Assembly (NCBI RefSeq): GCF_009914755.1
Contig: NC_060925.1
From: the human T2T-CHM13v2.0 reference genome, Homo sapiens
Strand: one strand, 5' to 3'
DNA: 64,000 nt
The notes beneath the pieces are model-generated. The model worked only from the letters and a program-made list of their open reading frames with translations, was not told the origin of the DNA and did no database searches. The translations under genes were made by a program, and so were the position numbers. Shown here one piece after another: positions 61,168 to 64,000 of the stretch (its first letter is position 1; the number at the start of each line of letters is the position of its first letter).

Positions 61168-62965
61168 GCTGAAGGAGGCGCCTGGCTGCCCCAAGAGCCC
61201 AGCCCGGCCCGGCCGTGCCCGCCGGATTGCAGCCGACACCGCCAGCCCGGGGCCGCGGGGCTCGGATCGGGGACCCCCGAGCCGCTGGCCCGCGGCCTTC
61301 CCCCGGCTCCCGCGCTCCCGAGCTTCCACCACATCGGGCCCGCTCGGAGCAGGGAGTGCTCCGAGGCGTCAGGGCCCAGGGCCCACGATCCTGGGACGCC
61401 CTCCGGTCCTCCGCCCTGTCGCGGAGGCAGCGTTTTGGATCCCTCGCCGCACAGGGGCTCCTGCGAGGCCCCCTCTTGCCCCACCCACCCAGAGCCGTCA
61501 GGGCTGGCCGAAGGCGAACAGCCGGCCCAGCCGCGCGGGGCCTTTCTCTCACAACGCCCCCACCACGGTCGCTTGTCCCGACCAAGACCCGGCCGGGGGG
61601 GCAAGAGGGCGTGGGGTGTAGCGGGTCGGGGGGTGGCCCTGTTTTGCCCCGGGCTGGCACTAGAGGCGGCGGCCTGATCTCGGGTGAGAGGGCCTGAGAG
61701 AAACCCAGACACACCCCACCGCCACCAGGAGCAAATCCACTCCCCCACACACAGACACACCCGGGCGCGCTCGCACGCGCGCGCGCGGACACACACACAC
61801 ACACACACACACAGACACACACGCACACACGCACGCGCACACGCACGCACACACACACGCGGCTTGAAGGAGAGCAAGGACGAGATGGATCGAGAGATAG
61901 AGACCGAGGGAGGGAGAGAGACAGCGATCGAGAGAGACAGGGGAGGGCGAGAGGGAAGGAGACAGACAGAGAGGCTGAGAAAGAGAGAGGCACAGAGAAA
62001 GAGAGAGAGAGAGACAGAGAGACAGAGGGAAAACGACAGAAGTAGCGCGAGGTCCAGGGGGAAACCCAGAAGAGAGAGGCGGAGGGAGCTAGAGAGCGAG
62101 AGCGATAGAGCCTTAGAGAGGAAGCGCCCGGCTCCGTTAGGCAGCGCCCTCTTGAGCAGGCCGGGATAGGGTGGAGGGGGCTTGGGCTGCGCCCAGAACA
62201 CGGGGGCCAGGCGGTCCGTGCGAGAGGACCAACGGAGCGCTGAGGCGGGCGTTTTCTTGGATGAATTGCTTGCTTTGGAGGTGGGTTTCGTAGGCTCCTG
62301 CCTTTCTTGGCACCTCCCTGTGCTCTGGGTGCCTTGCGGCGGGCCCCGAGATTTGCAGAGCGCGCCCGCCCGTTTGGCGGGAGCCGTGGCACCGGGCGGG
62401 CCCGGAGGCCTGGGTCTCTGGCGAGTCCTCGGGACTGGAGTCGTCGACACGAAGCGGGGGGCATTGGGAATCCCGGGTGCACAGGGCCTGCTTTCCCGGT
62501 GGCTGGCGAAGCAATGTCCTTCCCCCGGGTAAAGCAGCCCATGCGTTCCGGAGCCGACGTCTTGGCTGGCGTCTGTGGCACCCGCTGCCCCTGCCCGCCC
62601 CTTCCCCCGGTTTGGAAGGGTGCGACGACGGCGCCCGATGGGTGAATTGAATCTCCTGGGCGTTCCGGGAGCGGGAAGGCACCGCGAACGGCAGGGAACC
62701 CAGCGGCTGCGCCTTTGGGGCCCGGCCCCCTGCCCTCCCAGGCTGGAGCCGGGCTCCTGGCGGGGCGGCGGCGAGGCGGAAGCGGTGGGATGCTGCTGCC
62801 CGGCCGGCGTGCAGTAGGGGCGGACCCCCAGCAGGAGGACCCCGGCTGCGGCTGCAGCGGGGGTGTAGGTGGGCGGTAAAGGGGGAGCAGAGTCAGGGGA
62901 GGTTGGGAAGCATGGCGATTGTGGGGGGAAGGGAGGCAGCGGGGAAGCCACAAAAGCCTACAGCA

Positions 62966-63406
<441 letters not shown>

Positions 63407-64000
63407 GCTGAAGGAGGCGCCTGGCTGCCCCAAGAGCCCAGCCCGGCCCGGCCGTGCCCGCCGGATTGCAGCCGACACCGCCAGCCCGGGGCCGCGGGGC
63501 TCGGATCGGGGCCCCCCGAGCCGCTGGCCCGCGGCCTTCCCCCGGCTCCCGCGCTCCCGAGCTTCCACCACATCGGGCCCGCTCGGAGCAGGGAGTGCTC
63601 CGAGGCGTCAGGGCCCAGGGCCCACGATCCTGGGACGCCCTCCGGTCCTCCGCCCTGTCGCGGAGGCAGCGTTTTGGATCCCTCGCCGCACAGGGGCTCC
63701 TGCGAGGCCCCCTCTTGCCCCACCCACCCAGAGCCGTCAGGGCTGGCCGAAGGCGAACAGCCGGCCCAGCCTCGCGGGGCCTTTCTCTCACAACGCCCCC
63801 ACCACGGTCGCTTGTCCCGACCAAGACCCGGCCGGGGGGGCAAGAGGGCGTGGGGTGTAGCGGGTCGGGGGGTGGCCCTGTTTTGCCCCGGGCTGGCACT
63901 AGAGGCGGCGGCCTGATCTCGGGTGAGAGGGCCTGAGAGAAACCCAGACACACCCCACCGCCACCAGGAGCAAATCCACTCCCCCACACACAGACACACC

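Overview
Primate, almost certainly human, non-coding repeat DNA at the edge of the 5S rDNA array (the arrangement matches the 1q42.13 cluster as I recall it). There are three parts. (1) 1-~17450 is a diverged 35-bp satellite (HSAT4-like) made of two alternating monomer types. It contains a (CATTAT)n tract, one 5'-truncated AluS fragment and a few young local duplications. (2) ~17452-18860 is an inverted, decayed partial 5S repeat unit carrying a + strand 5S pseudogene with a 10-bp deletion and its Alu. (3) ~18877-64000 is a tandem array of 2213-2240 bp GC-rich units holding 20 full-length 121-nt 5S rRNA genes on the - strand. Each gene has a D box at -32..-21, an oligo-T terminator, a convergent AluY-type element, and CA/CG and GA microsatellites. 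No protein-coding gene is supported, and I found no evidence of a new gene system. The most interesting signals are structural. The Alu's target-site duplication is the 3' end of the 5S gene itself. The Alu B box is mutated in the array copies but intact in the orphan copy. Eight of the 20 genes carry helix V variants that preserve pairing. The inversion junction contains an Alu-templated patch. The units fall into edge-specific and higher-order haplotypes.
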